This document shows, piece after piece, positions 39,191 through 48,540 of a stretch of DNA of 64,000 nt. The DNA is from Candidatus Binatia bacterium. GTDB taxonomy: Bacteria; Desulfobacterota; Binatia; Bin18. Under the pieces are notes generated by a model, which ran no database searches, was not told where the DNA came from, and was given only the letters and a program-made list of their open reading frames with translations. Position 1 is the first letter of the stretch, and every line of letters begins with the position of its first letter. The position numbers and the translations under genes were made by a program. The stretch covers positions 384,001 through 448,000 of the forward strand of contig OY761159.2 of the NCBI GenBank assembly GCA_963664395.2, given 5' to 3'.

Positions 39191-40216
39191 ATGAAACCGC
39201 ACGGGCAGAAGCGCCTCCGCCTTGTCAGTGCCTTTCTCCTAACAGGAGTGGTGCTGGCTCCGGGCGCACTCAGAGCCGATGCCACCAGCGCAGTACTGGC
39301 CACGGTCGGCGAGAGAAGCATCACCGAGGCGGAGATTGAAAACCAGATTAAAGGCCAGATGCTCCGTTTGCACAATCAAATCTACTCGCTCAAAAAGCAA
39401 GCGGTCGATACGATCATCAACGCCCACCTGCAAGAGCAGGAAGCAAAGAAGCGTGGCATTACCCGCCAACAACTCCGCCAGCAGGAAGTAACCGCTAAAA
39501 CAGAACCGGTGACCGACGCAGAGGTAGCGGATTACTATAATGAGAACAAAGCCCGGTTTGGAGAGCGTAAGCTGGAAGAAGTGCAGGCGCAGCTCAAACA
39601 ATCCCTTCAGGCCCGCAAGCAGCAACAGCGCCAACAGGCATTTGCTGCCGAACTGCGCAAAGCGGCCACGATCGACTTTACGCTGGCACCACCGATTGTT
39701 GATGTCCCGACCGCCGGAGCACCCGCAAAAGGACCCCAGGACGCGTCCATTACGCTGGTTGAGTTCTCCGACTATCAATGACCCTACTGTGCCCGAGTGC
39801 AGTCTGCACTCTCCCAAATTCAGGAAAACTACAAGGATAAAGTTAAATTTGTGTTCCGGGACTTTCCGTTAACCCGGATTCATCCCCAGGCGTATAAAGC
39901 GGCTGAGGCGGCACGCTGTGCCGGAGATCAGGACAAATACTGGGAGTACCACGACATCCTGTTCGCCAACCCCAAAGCCTTACAGCCCGAGGAACTGAAA
40001 CAATACGCCGCCGACCTCACACTGGACCCGGCGCAGTTTGCGGCCTGCCTGGACAATAATGCCTATACCGCAGCGGTCAGCAAGGACCTGGCGCTGGGTA
40101 CCCAACTCGGGGTGAGCGGTACGCCGGCCTTTTTTGTGAACGGACGTTTTCTGTCCGGTTCGCAACCCTACTCGGCGTTTGCCGAATTGATCGAGGAAAT
40201 GCTGGCGGCGCAGTAG
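39191..40216 (+). CDS. Exported SurA-N-like/DsbA thioredoxin-fold selenoprotein (UPYC motif)
   Basis: ORFs ending at 39781 and starting at 39797 are in frame: EFSDYQ-TGA-PYCARV...FRDFPL..IHPQA...GVSGTPAFFVNG; TGA 39779-39781 is at the first C of CxxC. Confidence 0.88.
39795..39811 (+). promoter_or_regulatory. Putative bacterial SECIS hairpin
   Basis: Perfect stem GAGTGCA-GTC-TGCACTC, loop G about 21 nt after the UGA. Confidence 0.7.
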
Positions 40217-40358
40217 TCTGTGGGGTGACCTACCGGTCGCCCCTAGAGCGTTTCACGCTGGGCGGTAGCCATGCCGTTACGCGCCCGTCATGCCGGACGT
40301 GATCCGGCATCCAGTGGGCGGCTACACAGAAGCCTAATTTACTCTAGTCTGGCGACGG

Positions 40359-40850
40359 TTATCGGGCCGATGTCAATAAGTGAGAGGCTTCGGGATATTG
40401 GGCGGCGGCCCTATCCTCCACCACCAAGGAACGCCCAACGGCTTCGAGGGCCTTCTCGACCGACGTAATGTGGGACCTGTGCCCAGGGTCGAGAAGCCGA
40501 CGGACTGCGTTCTCTTGCAGGCCCAGCCGGACGGCAAGAGCGACCTTGGTGACTCCCTGTTCCCGCATCGCCGCATAGAGGGCCAGCTTCGCTGCGACGA
40601 TGGGCGCTACGGAGATCAGCACTTGGCCCTCCGCCAGGGGGCTGGGAACGGGTATGTCTTCACGGGCCTTGACGTACATGCCCAAGGCGACTCCCAGGCA
40701 ATCCTTGGCCATCTCCAGGGCCTCTTCCCAGGACCATCCGCCGGTGTTGGCTCCGTACACGTCTGGGAAGGTCACCGTGTAGGCTTCTCTTCCGGTCGCT
40801 CGTTCTTCTTCCTCGTCGCGGACGATACTGCAAAGATAAGCGTAGCGCAT
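40359..40850 (-). CDS. hicB: HicB family antitoxin
   Basis: YTVTFPDV..ANT.G...EEALEMAKDCL, IPVPS, C-terminal HTH. Confidence 0.88.
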   Translation of the reverse strand: MRYAYLCSIVRDEEEERATGREAYTVTFPDVYGANTGGWSWEEALEMAKDCLGVALGMYVKAREDIPVPSPLAEGQVLISVAPIVAAKLALYAAMREQGVTKVALAVRLGLQENAVRRLLDPGHRSHITSVEKALEAVGRSLVVEDRAAAQYPEASHLLTSAR

Positions 40851-40853
40851 GAT

Positions 40854-41059
40854 CTATAGCTCCCCTCTATCGACGTGCAAGTCTTTCAACATTGAAGCCA
40901 GAGTTCCCGTAGGAATCTCGCCATGAGGGACGGTAGTCCGGTAGGGACCAAGCCGGACCTCCCCGTGACTGCCCTTCCCGCGGCTGGGGTGAAAGAGAAG
41001 TCCAACCTGTGCTTGCGGGCATATCGCCGGGCTCGTCTAAGAAACTCCCTGTCGTTCAC
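40854..41059 (-). pseudogene. hicA: HicA-like toxin with a 1-nt frameshift
   Basis: MNDREFLRRARRYARKH in one frame, HPSRGKGSHGEV...VPHGEIPTGTLASMLKDL in another; span 206 nt. Confidence 0.8.
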
Positions 41060-41119
41060 GAGTCTATTCCGGCACATATTTGTGCGATTATCAAGAGACG
41101 GGAGACCTGCCGGTCACCC

Positions 41120-41368
41120 CTAGCCTGTCCCACCCGATCTCTCTGGAGACAGCCGCCGTGGTGGTGCTCCGCAGTGGCGCAAGGCTAAGGTATCGAGGCG
41201 TTCCTGGAACGCTTTTTTTTCAACCGACGTCTGGCAGGGCAAGGCGCACAGGGCGTGGCGGTCCTCCAGGGGGAAGGCCTGCCATTCTTTTAAGTGGAGT
41301 TTGATTCCGACCCGGTCGAGCTTGGCTCGAACAGGGCGGGGAATCCAGCCAAGATCATCAGTCTCCAT
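41120..41368 (-). CDS. Nitrate reductase-associated protein family (Nitr_red_assoc-like)
   Basis: IP..VR.KLD..GIKL.L..W......R..L..LPC pattern. Confidence 0.6.
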   Translation of the reverse strand: METDDLGWIPRPVRAKLDRVGIKLHLKEWQAFPLEDRHALCALPCQTSVEKKAFQERLDTLALRHCGAPPRRLSPERSGGTG

Positions 41369-41473
41369 ACCCTCTCCCTTTCCACACAGCGATCCGTTCG
41401 CCCCTACCCGCTTTCACCCCGGCGCGCAAGGCAGCCCCGCCCGCCTGCCCCTATTGGCGATTCAGAAAGGGGT

Positions 41474-42709
41474 ATGGTAATGCTTCAGCCCATGTCAGCA
41501 AAGAAAGCAAAGGCGGCCCGCCGTAAGGCAGCCACACACGACCCGGCCTTGCAGACGGCGCGTCACGCTCCCAGTTGGCCACCACTCGCCATACGTATCC
41601 TTGGAGGGCTGGGTCTCGTCCTCGGGGTCTACCTCTCGGTCCTGCACTATCAGGCTGGGGCGAGCGGCCCTATTGAATCGGCTTTTTGTGGCAGCGGGAC
41701 CACGGTCAACTGTAGCCTGGTCTTGAGTAGCGCCTACGCCTCGCTCTTTGGGGTTCCGGTGGCCGTCCTCGCCGTCGGCACCTATGCTGCCCTCCTCGCC
41801 AGCACGTTCCTGGCTACGCCTGGGCTGACCATCCTGCTGTGTGGCTGGATGTTTGTCTTCTCACTGTATATGGCAGCGCTCTCATTCTTTACCATAGGGG
41901 CCGTGTGTCCCCTGTGTACCGGTCTGTATCTGGTGAACATCGGCCTCTTCATGAGCGCCGTTGTGCTGGGACGGGCGAACAACACGATTACCACGCCGCG
42001 GCTGGCCTATGCTGCTCTTGGATTTACCATCTTTCTGTTGGGCATCGGACTGACCCAAACAGAGGATGCAACAAACGTCACTACCCCTCGGGAATATCTT
42101 GCTCCCACACCGGCCGAGATGGACATGAGTTTTGTCCGCTATTACTACGACCAACCTGCCGTCGTGCTGCGAGGCCCGGAACGCCACGTTGAAGGTCCCT
42201 CAGACGCAGTGCTCACGATTCATGAGTTCGTTGATTTTCGCTGCCCGCAGTGCGCCAACGCTCGAGACACACTCATGAAATTTCAGCATGCCAACCCCAA
42301 TGATGTGCGGGTCGTGTTTCGGCATTATCCCCTCGACCAGCAGTGTAACACGGGCATGAAAGGCCAAGTCCATCCGGGCGCTTGTGCGGCGTCAATGGCG
42401 GCCGAGTGTGCCGCAGAACAGGGAAAATTCTGGGAGTATGCCGACCTGCTGTTTGCGGAGCAGACCAAATTTAAGCGGACCGACTTTGACGCCCACGCCA
42501 GGACCGCCAGATTGGATTTCGAGCAGTTCGGCGCGTGCATGGATGATGGGCGCACCGAGGCGCTGGTCAAGAACGATATTGACGAGGCCCTGCGTCTTGA
42601 GATCAAAGCCACCCCCACCCTGGTGGTGAACGGGCGGCTCATCCGGGGTCTGCCGCCCATTAAAAAGCTCGCCACGTTGGTAACACTCCAGAAACAGCCG
42701 GAAGGATAA
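41474..42709 (+). CDS. VKOR domain fused to DsbA-like thioredoxin domain
   Basis: FC...NC..VLSSAYA, VCPLC in the TM region; DFRCPQC, FRHYPLD, ATPTLVVNG. Confidence 0.9.
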   Translation: MVMLQPMSAKKAKAARRKAATHDPALQTARHAPSWPPLAIRILGGLGLVLGVYLSVLHYQAGASGPIESAFCGSGTTVNCSLVLSSAYASLFGVPVAVLAVGTYAALLASTFLATPGLTILLCGWMFVFSLYMAALSFFTIGAVCPLCTGLYLVNIGLFMSAVVLGRANNTITTPRLAYAALGFTIFLLGIGLTQTEDATNVTTPREYLAPTPAEMDMSFVRYYYDQPAVVLRGPERHVEGPSDAVLTIHEFVDFRCPQCANARDTLMKFQHANPNDVRVVFRHYPLDQQCNTGMKGQVHPGACAASMAAECAAEQGKFWEYADLLFAEQTKFKRTDFDAHARTARLDFEQFGACMDDGRTEALVKNDIDEALRLEIKATPTLVVNGRLIRGLPPIKKLATLVTLQKQPEG

Positions 42710-42726
42710 GGCTTCCTCGCCTGCTC

Positions 42727-43398
42727 TTATCCCACAATCACGTGTTCGCGCGTAATGATAAATGGCAGTTTGGCGCCATCGATAAAATTGGCTTCATCCG
42801 CCCGGGTTGCGGCATACTCGGGCATGCCGGCTGAGGCGCGCATGGCTTGCGTATCAGCAAACCAGGTAATGGCCACCCCGTCATAGACCGGTGTTTTTCC
42901 GGCCTTATATACCGAGAGCCGGGTATGGCTCTGCACATAGCGTCGAATCACCGGAATGGCCGCCCCGAGTGGGCCGTGGACTTCCCGCCAGTGTTTTTGA
43001 AAGGCCTCAATCGATAAATCGGCCCGGTGGGTGACAAACTCCATATTCTTGACCGCATTGGGCGGGACACTCCCAGCCTTGATCGTATGCTCCTGGGTGA
43101 TAATGCTGCCCATGGTTGAGAGGTCGATGAAATGCGGCTCATCAGCCCGCACCGCGGCGTACTCCGGCGTCTCGCCCTGAGCCCGCAGCACCTGCGTATC
43201 CTCGACCCACACCTCGGCCACGCCGTCGTAGGCGGGCTCCCCTTTGCGGTAGCCGCCCAGCAGCGTATGCGACTGCACATAGCGCTGAATGCCCGGCAAC
43301 TTGACGACCACGTCGGCATGTTTCGTCCGCCAGTATTCCTGGAAGGCTTCGACCGACAGGCCCGGTTTGCGCTTAAAAAATGACATGAGTTTGATCAT
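42727..43398 (-). CDS. Tandem EthD-domain protein
   Basis: KRKPGLS..F..YWRTKH, YVQSH, YDGVA twice. Confidence 0.88.
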   Translation of the reverse strand: MIKLMSFFKRKPGLSVEAFQEYWRTKHADVVVKLPGIQRYVQSHTLLGGYRKGEPAYDGVAEVWVEDTQVLRAQGETPEYAAVRADEPHFIDLSTMGSIITQEHTIKAGSVPPNAVKNMEFVTHRADLSIEAFQKHWREVHGPLGAAIPVIRRYVQSHTRLSVYKAGKTPVYDGVAITWFADTQAMRASAGMPEYAATRADEANFIDGAKLPFIITREHVIVG

Positions 43399-43568
43399 AC
43401 TTAGCCCTTTCCTTTGCATATGCTACGTGTAGAGGTGATTCACATACCGCTCTCCCCCTTACCTATTCGGCAGCTACGTCACCGGTCAAGCCAATCCCCT
43501 CGCATTGAGCCCGCCGGGCCAAGCGCGTATAACAGGTGGGCGTTCCAGCGCAGGCGAAAGGAGGCAGC

Positions 43569-44609
43569 ATGATTTCGGTTGGCTATATGCCCGATACCCA
43601 CGGCGGCCCGTACCAACAACCGGAACCGGACCCGGAGCGTGCGGCCAATTTTTCCCAGCAATTGCTGCACGAAGCCGAGCAGGCGGAACAGGCCGGCTTT
43701 GACGCCCTGTTCGTGCCCGAACGACACGCCCGCACGGAATGCATGTTTCCTTCGACCCTGACCCTCATGGCCGCCCTGGCCGCCCGCACCGAGCGCGTCA
43801 AGATCGGCTCCTACGTCATCATGCCGCCCCTGTATAATCCGGTCCATCTGGCTGAGCAGGCAGCCATGATCGATGTCCTGTCACGCGGCCGACTCATCAT
43901 GGGCGTTGGCGTGGGCTATCATGTTGATTACTTCAATCATTTTGGGGTATCGATCCGGCAACGCGAGGGTCGCTTTGAGGAATGCCTCGACATTCTGCAC
44001 AAGGCCTGGACCACACCGGGACCGATTGCCCATCACGGCCGGTATTACGATTATGACGCGATCCACATCACGCCCAAGCCCTACCAAAAACCTCGTCCGC
44101 CCATTTGGATAGGTGCGTTTGGTCCGAAGTCCATCGCGCGGGCCGGACGCTTGGGCGACGCCTGGTCGATGGCACCGTTTTTTGACAGCTTTGATACCCT
44201 CAAAGCCCAACTGGAAATCTATCAGGAAGCGGCAATACAGGCCGGGAAAACGCCGCATGTGGCCCTCTTGCGGGACGGCTGGCTGGCCTCCAGCATGGAA
44301 GAAGCCGAGGAGACGTTTGGCCGGCTCTGGCTTGAAGAGTGCAAGTTTTATCTGCGTCAGGGCATGCTCACGCCAACCAAAGATTTTGCATCAGAATCTG
44401 ATTTCACCCTGGATAAAGTCCGCCCCTACATGGCCATAGGCACCAAAGACGACTGGCTGGAACATCTGAGCCTGTGGCAAAAAGAACTCGGGGTTGAGCA
44501 TTTCGTACTTCGCTGTCGGGTACCCATGGGGCCACAGCCGGAGCAGGTCATCGAATGCATCCAACGGCTGGGCGAAGAAGTCTTGCCTGCCCTCAAGACG
44601 CTGGCGTAA
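43569..44609 (+). CDS. LLM class flavin-dependent oxidoreductase
   Basis: GFDALFVPERH, NPVHLAEQAAMIDVLSRGRL, PKPYQKPRPPIWIG. Confidence 0.92.
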   Translation: MISVGYMPDTHGGPYQQPEPDPERAANFSQQLLHEAEQAEQAGFDALFVPERHARTECMFPSTLTLMAALAARTERVKIGSYVIMPPLYNPVHLAEQAAMIDVLSRGRLIMGVGVGYHVDYFNHFGVSIRQREGRFEECLDILHKAWTTPGPIAHHGRYYDYDAIHITPKPYQKPRPPIWIGAFGPKSIARAGRLGDAWSMAPFFDSFDTLKAQLEIYQEAAIQAGKTPHVALLRDGWLASSMEEAEETFGRLWLEECKFYLRQGMLTPTKDFASESDFTLDKVRPYMAIGTKDDWLEHLSLWQKELGVEHFVLRCRVPMGPQPEQVIECIQRLGEEVLPALKTLA

Positions 44610-44634
44610 ACGGCAACCCAAGAAGAGGAAGAGT

Positions 44635-45825
44635 ATGGATTTTCAATATACGCCTGAACAGGACGCCTTTCGGACTGAGGTCCGCGGCTGGTTGGCGGCG
44701 AATTTGGACCCCGCCCTGTGTGTCGACGACCCCAAAGACGAGCGAGTCGCCCCGGACCGGGAAACGTTTGAAAAACGCCGTCTCTGGCAGCGCAGCATGT
44801 ACGACAGCGGCTGGGTCGGTGTTGCCTGGCCCACAGAATATGGCGGTCGTGGCGCCGGCCTGCTGGAACAAGTCGTTTTTGACGAAGAATACTCAAACGC
44901 CCATGCCCCGGTCTTACCCGGCTATTCCGGCATTGCCCTATGCGGTCCGACACTCATGCACTGGGGCGCAGACGAACAAAAGGCACGCTTCCTCAAGCGC
45001 ATACTGAACGGCGATGACGTCTGGTGTCAGGGATATTCCGAGCCCTGCGCGGGCTCGGACCTGGCCGGGCTGCAAACCAAGGCCGTTGCCGAGGGCGACG
45101 ATTTCATCATCAACGGCCAGAAGGTCTGGACCTCGGGCGCGCAGTACGCGGACTGGATTTTCATGCTGGTCCGGACCGACCCGGACGCGCCCAAACATCG
45201 CGGCATCAGCTATATGCTGGTCAATATGAAAACTCCTGGGGTGACGGTCCGGCCCTTGGTGCTGATGAACGGTCATGCGCATTTCAACGAAGTTTTTTTC
45301 GAAGATGTTCGGGTTCCCAAAGCCAACCTCGTTGGCCCGCTCAACGAGGGCTGGAAGGTGGCCATGACGACGTTAATGTTCGAGCGCGCCTATGCCGGGG
45401 TCGGGAATTATGACGACCAGATCGGCCGTTTGGTGGAACTGTCCAAACAGGTCCATATCGGCGACACCCCCGCCTGGGAGCAATCCTGGGTGCGGCAGAG
45501 GCTGGTCCAATTCCGCATTGAAAGCCAGGCCCTCCAATACACCCGCTTGCGCGGCCTGACCAAACTGCTCAAGGGGGTGCCGCCAGGCCCGGAGGGCTCC
45601 ATGCTGAAGCTGTGCGGTTCGGAGTTGGGTATTGATATTGCTGCGTTTGCCAGCGAACTCCTGGCCGGCGCAGCCATTACCAACCAGGCAACCGACAGCG
45701 TCCCCGACGCCCCACGCTGGTTCAACCGGGTCCTCAGCGCCCGGCAGTACACGATTGCTGGCGGCACGAGTGAGATTCAGAAGAATATTATGGGAGAGCG
45801 GGTGTTGGGGTTACCGAAGGGATAG
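44635..45825 (+). CDS. Acyl-CoA dehydrogenase family protein
   Basis: WPTEYGGRG, WCQGYSEP..GSDLA, NGQKVWTS, FNEVFF, TIAGGTSEIQ. Confidence 0.93.
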   Translation: MDFQYTPEQDAFRTEVRGWLAANLDPALCVDDPKDERVAPDRETFEKRRLWQRSMYDSGWVGVAWPTEYGGRGAGLLEQVVFDEEYSNAHAPVLPGYSGIALCGPTLMHWGADEQKARFLKRILNGDDVWCQGYSEPCAGSDLAGLQTKAVAEGDDFIINGQKVWTSGAQYADWIFMLVRTDPDAPKHRGISYMLVNMKTPGVTVRPLVLMNGHAHFNEVFFEDVRVPKANLVGPLNEGWKVAMTTLMFERAYAGVGNYDDQIGRLVELSKQVHIGDTPAWEQSWVRQRLVQFRIESQALQYTRLRGLTKLLKGVPPGPEGSMLKLCGSELGIDIAAFASELLAGAAITNQATDSVPDAPRWFNRVLSARQYTIAGGTSEIQKNIMGERVLGLPKG

Positions 45826-45927
45826 TTGCTCATCTGGCAGTCCGTATCCCCAGCTGAGTTGTCCGGCGGAAGGGGAACTGGACCAGGACCGTTGTTTTTT
45901 GTTTTTGCCGGGTATAATAGCTCAGTC

Positions 45928-46008
45928 ATGACGAGTCGTCCGAACTATCATATACTCCAGAACCGCCGGAATTGGTGGTGGCTGCCCAAGGAGGTGGCCC
46001 GGACGTAG
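45928..46008 (+). CDS. trpL: Trp attenuator leader peptide
   Basis: MTSRPNYHILQNRRNWWWLPKEVART with three tandem TGG, upstream of anthranilate synthase; TATAAT at 45913-45918. Confidence 0.85.
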   Translation: MTSRPNYHILQNRRNWWWLPKEVART

Positions 46009-46026
46009 GACAACGACCGCACTCGG

Positions 46027-46061
46027 AGCCGCCTTGTAAATGTGAGGCGGCTTTTCTTTTT
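46027..46061 (+). terminator. Attenuator terminator hairpin 1
   Basis: AGCCGCCT...AGGCGGCT followed by a T-rich tail. Confidence 0.8.
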
Positions 46062-46064
46062 CTC

Positions 46065-46099
46065 AGGCCGCCGCCTCTCCCAAGGCTGCGGCCTTTTTT
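46065..46099 (+). terminator. Attenuator terminator hairpin 2
   Basis: AGGCCGCcGCCT...AGGCtGCGGCCT followed by a T run. Confidence 0.75.
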
Positions 46100-46196
46100 A
46101 TACAGGCCCGGCTCTGGAAAGAGTAAACGTGCTCTCCATAGCATACGAAGTTGTTGACACGTTCACTCTTTCACAACACAGGATAGCGAGGCCAAT

Positions 46197-48371
46197 ATGA
46201 CATCTCTGCTCCAACACACAGACCATTACCATACCCGTGGGGGAATCACCGTTCATCGGGTGATTGACGACCTGCCGGCGGCAGACACCATCGAGCCCGT
46301 TCTGGACGCGCTCGACCACCAGCGCGGCGCCCTGTTTGCCTCAAGCTATGAATATCCAGGGCGCTACACCCGCTGGGATATGGGCTTTATCAACCCGCCC
46401 CTGGCGATCGGGGGACGGCGCCTGAATTTTTGGGTGTCCGCGCTGAACGAGCGCGGCACTCTGCTCTTACCGGCCATTACCGCAGTGCTTGAGAATCTTT
46501 CCGCGGTCGCCTCGTTGGAGGTCCGGGGGCCGGAGCTGAGCGGCTCCATCACGCCAACGCCTGAACGCTTTCCGGAGGAGCAGCGCAGTCAGCAACCCTC
46601 TCTTTTTTCCGTGCTGCGCGTGCTGGTGCAACTCTTTTATAGCACCGCGGAGCCTCATCTGGGTCTGTATGGCGCGTTTGGCTACGACCTCGCCTTTCAG
46701 TTTGAACCGTTGCGGCTGCGTTTGGAACGGCCGCCTGACCAGCGCGACCTGGTGCTGTATCTCCCGGACGAACTGATCGTGGTTGACCATCGACGCGAGC
46801 GGGCGATGCGGCGCAGTTATGAATTTGAAGTGGACGGACACTCGACGCACGGTATCCCGCGCAGCGGCGCAAGCCGGATGTATCAGGGCAACCCCCAGGT
46901 GAGGCAGAGTTGCGACCACGAGCCGGGGGAGTATGCCACCGGGGTCGCCGTGGCCAAAGCCGCCTTCAAAAAGGGAGACCTGTTTGAAGTGGTGCCGGGG
47001 CAGACATTTTTTGAGGGCTGCACGGCCTCTCCGGCGGAACTGTTTCGGCGACTCCGGGAACGCAACCCGTCGCCGTACGGCTTTCTCATTAACCTCGGAC
47101 AGGATGAATACTTGGTGGGCGCCTCGCCCGAAATGTACGTCCGGGTTGAGGGCAAGCGCGTCGAGACCTGTCCCATATCGGGCACCATTGCCCGCGGGCA
47201 GGACGCGATCACCGATGCCGACCGGATTCTTGAACTGCTGACCTCAAAGAAAGACGAGTCCGAGCTGACCATGTGCACCGACGTGGACCGCAATGACAAG
47301 TCGCGCATTTGCAAACCGGGCAGCGTGCGCGTGATTGGCCGACGTCAAATCGAAATGTACTCCCGCCTGATTCATACCGTCGATCATGTCGAGGGCTATC
47401 TCAGAGAAGAGTTTGACGCTCTCGACGCCTTTTTGGCCCATACCTGGGCCGTGACCGTCACCGGCGCGCCCAAAGCCTGGGCCATGCAGTTTATTGAAGA
47501 CCACGAAAAATCGCCCCGCGCCTGGTACGGCGGCGCGGTGGGTCTGATTGGGTTTAACGGTAGCCTGAATACCGGTCTGACGCTGCGGACCATTCGTCTG
47601 AAAGACGGCGTGGCCCAGGTCCGGGCGGGCGCCACCCTGCTGTACGACTCCGACCCGCAGGCAGAGGAGGAAGAAACCCACATCAAAGCCTCGGCCTTTC
47701 TCGACGCTATCCGCCGTCCGCGGGGCTTGACCCCGGAAAAGGGCATGCCCTTGGCCCCCGTTGGCCGGAATAAAAAAATCCTGCTGATCGATCATCAGGA
47801 TTCCTTTGTCCACACCCTGGCCAATTATCTGCGTCAAACCGGGGCCGAGGTCCTCACCCTGCGCGCCGGTTTTCCCGAGAGTGAATTTGATACCTACCAG
47901 CCTGACCTTGTTGTCTTGTCTCCCGGTCCAGGCGAACCAAAGGATTTCAATATCTCGGATACGCTCAGCGCCGTGCTGAAACGGCATCTGCCCGTCTTTG
48001 GTGTGTGTCTGGGTCTGCAGGGCATTGTCGAGCACTTTGGTGGCAGACTCTCGACCCTCCCCTACCCGATGCACGGTAAACCGTCACGCATTCATGTCCT
48101 GGAGGGACAAATAAGGAGACAGTTATACGACAATCTCCCGAGAGAATTTCGTGCTGCGCGCTACCATTCTCTGTTTGCCCTGCGCGATACGCTGCCCCCC
48201 ACACTACGCATTACCGCTGAGAGCGATGATGGGGTCGTCATGGCGGTTGAGCATACGGACCTGCCCATCGCCGCGGTGCAGTTTCATCCGGAGTCTATTT
48301 TAACGCTTCAGGAGGATCTGGGGCTACGTTTGATTCACAATGTGGTAGAGACGCTGACCACTCCACTTTGA
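46197..48371 (+). CDS. trpE: Fused anthranilate synthase component I/II, TrpE(G)
   Basis: SSYEYPGRYTRWD, NPSPY, GASPEM, PISGT, TGAPK; GATase DHQDSFV, SPGPG, GVCLG, QFHPES. Confidence 0.95.
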   Translation: MTSLLQHTDHYHTRGGITVHRVIDDLPAADTIEPVLDALDHQRGALFASSYEYPGRYTRWDMGFINPPLAIGGRRLNFWVSALNERGTLLLPAITAVLENLSAVASLEVRGPELSGSITPTPERFPEEQRSQQPSLFSVLRVLVQLFYSTAEPHLGLYGAFGYDLAFQFEPLRLRLERPPDQRDLVLYLPDELIVVDHRRERAMRRSYEFEVDGHSTHGIPRSGASRMYQGNPQVRQSCDHEPGEYATGVAVAKAAFKKGDLFEVVPGQTFFEGCTASPAELFRRLRERNPSPYGFLINLGQDEYLVGASPEMYVRVEGKRVETCPISGTIARGQDAITDADRILELLTSKKDESELTMCTDVDRNDKSRICKPGSVRVIGRRQIEMYSRLIHTVDHVEGYLREEFDALDAFLAHTWAVTVTGAPKAWAMQFIEDHEKSPRAWYGGAVGLIGFNGSLNTGLTLRTIRLKDGVAQVRAGATLLYDSDPQAEEEETHIKASAFLDAIRRPRGLTPEKGMPLAPVGRNKKILLIDHQDSFVHTLANYLRQTGAEVLTLRAGFPESEFDTYQPDLVVLSPGPGEPKDFNISDTLSAVLKRHLPVFGVCLGLQGIVEHFGGRLSTLPYPMHGKPSRIHVLEGQIRRQLYDNLPREFRAARYHSLFALRDTLPPTLRITAESDDGVVMAVEHTDLPIAAVQFHPESILTLQEDLGLRLIHNVVETLTTPL

Positions 48372-48406
48372 ACGGGCATCGCCTGCGCAATCTATAGCCA
48401 AGCCAG

Positions 48407-48451
48407 CAGCAAGATCAGCAAGATCAGCAAGATCAGCAAGATCAGCAAGAT
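48407..48451. repeat. Intergenic 9-bp tandem repeat (CAGCAAGAT)x5
   Basis: Five perfect copies read directly. Confidence 0.95.
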
Positions 48452-48540
48452 ATTCCTCGGACTGGAGTTCTCCGGCAAGGTCCGCTAGATTCAGAAAAGA
48501 CAACTGTCGGAAATACACCACCCACGAAACGGAGGAAGCA

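Noticed and set aside
39797-40216. Separate DsbA gene starting at GTG 39797
   Set aside because: It would lack its CxxC motif; better explained as the post-UGA part of a selenoprotein
48407-48451. CRISPR array
   Set aside because: 9-bp head-to-tail repeats with no spacers and no cas genes
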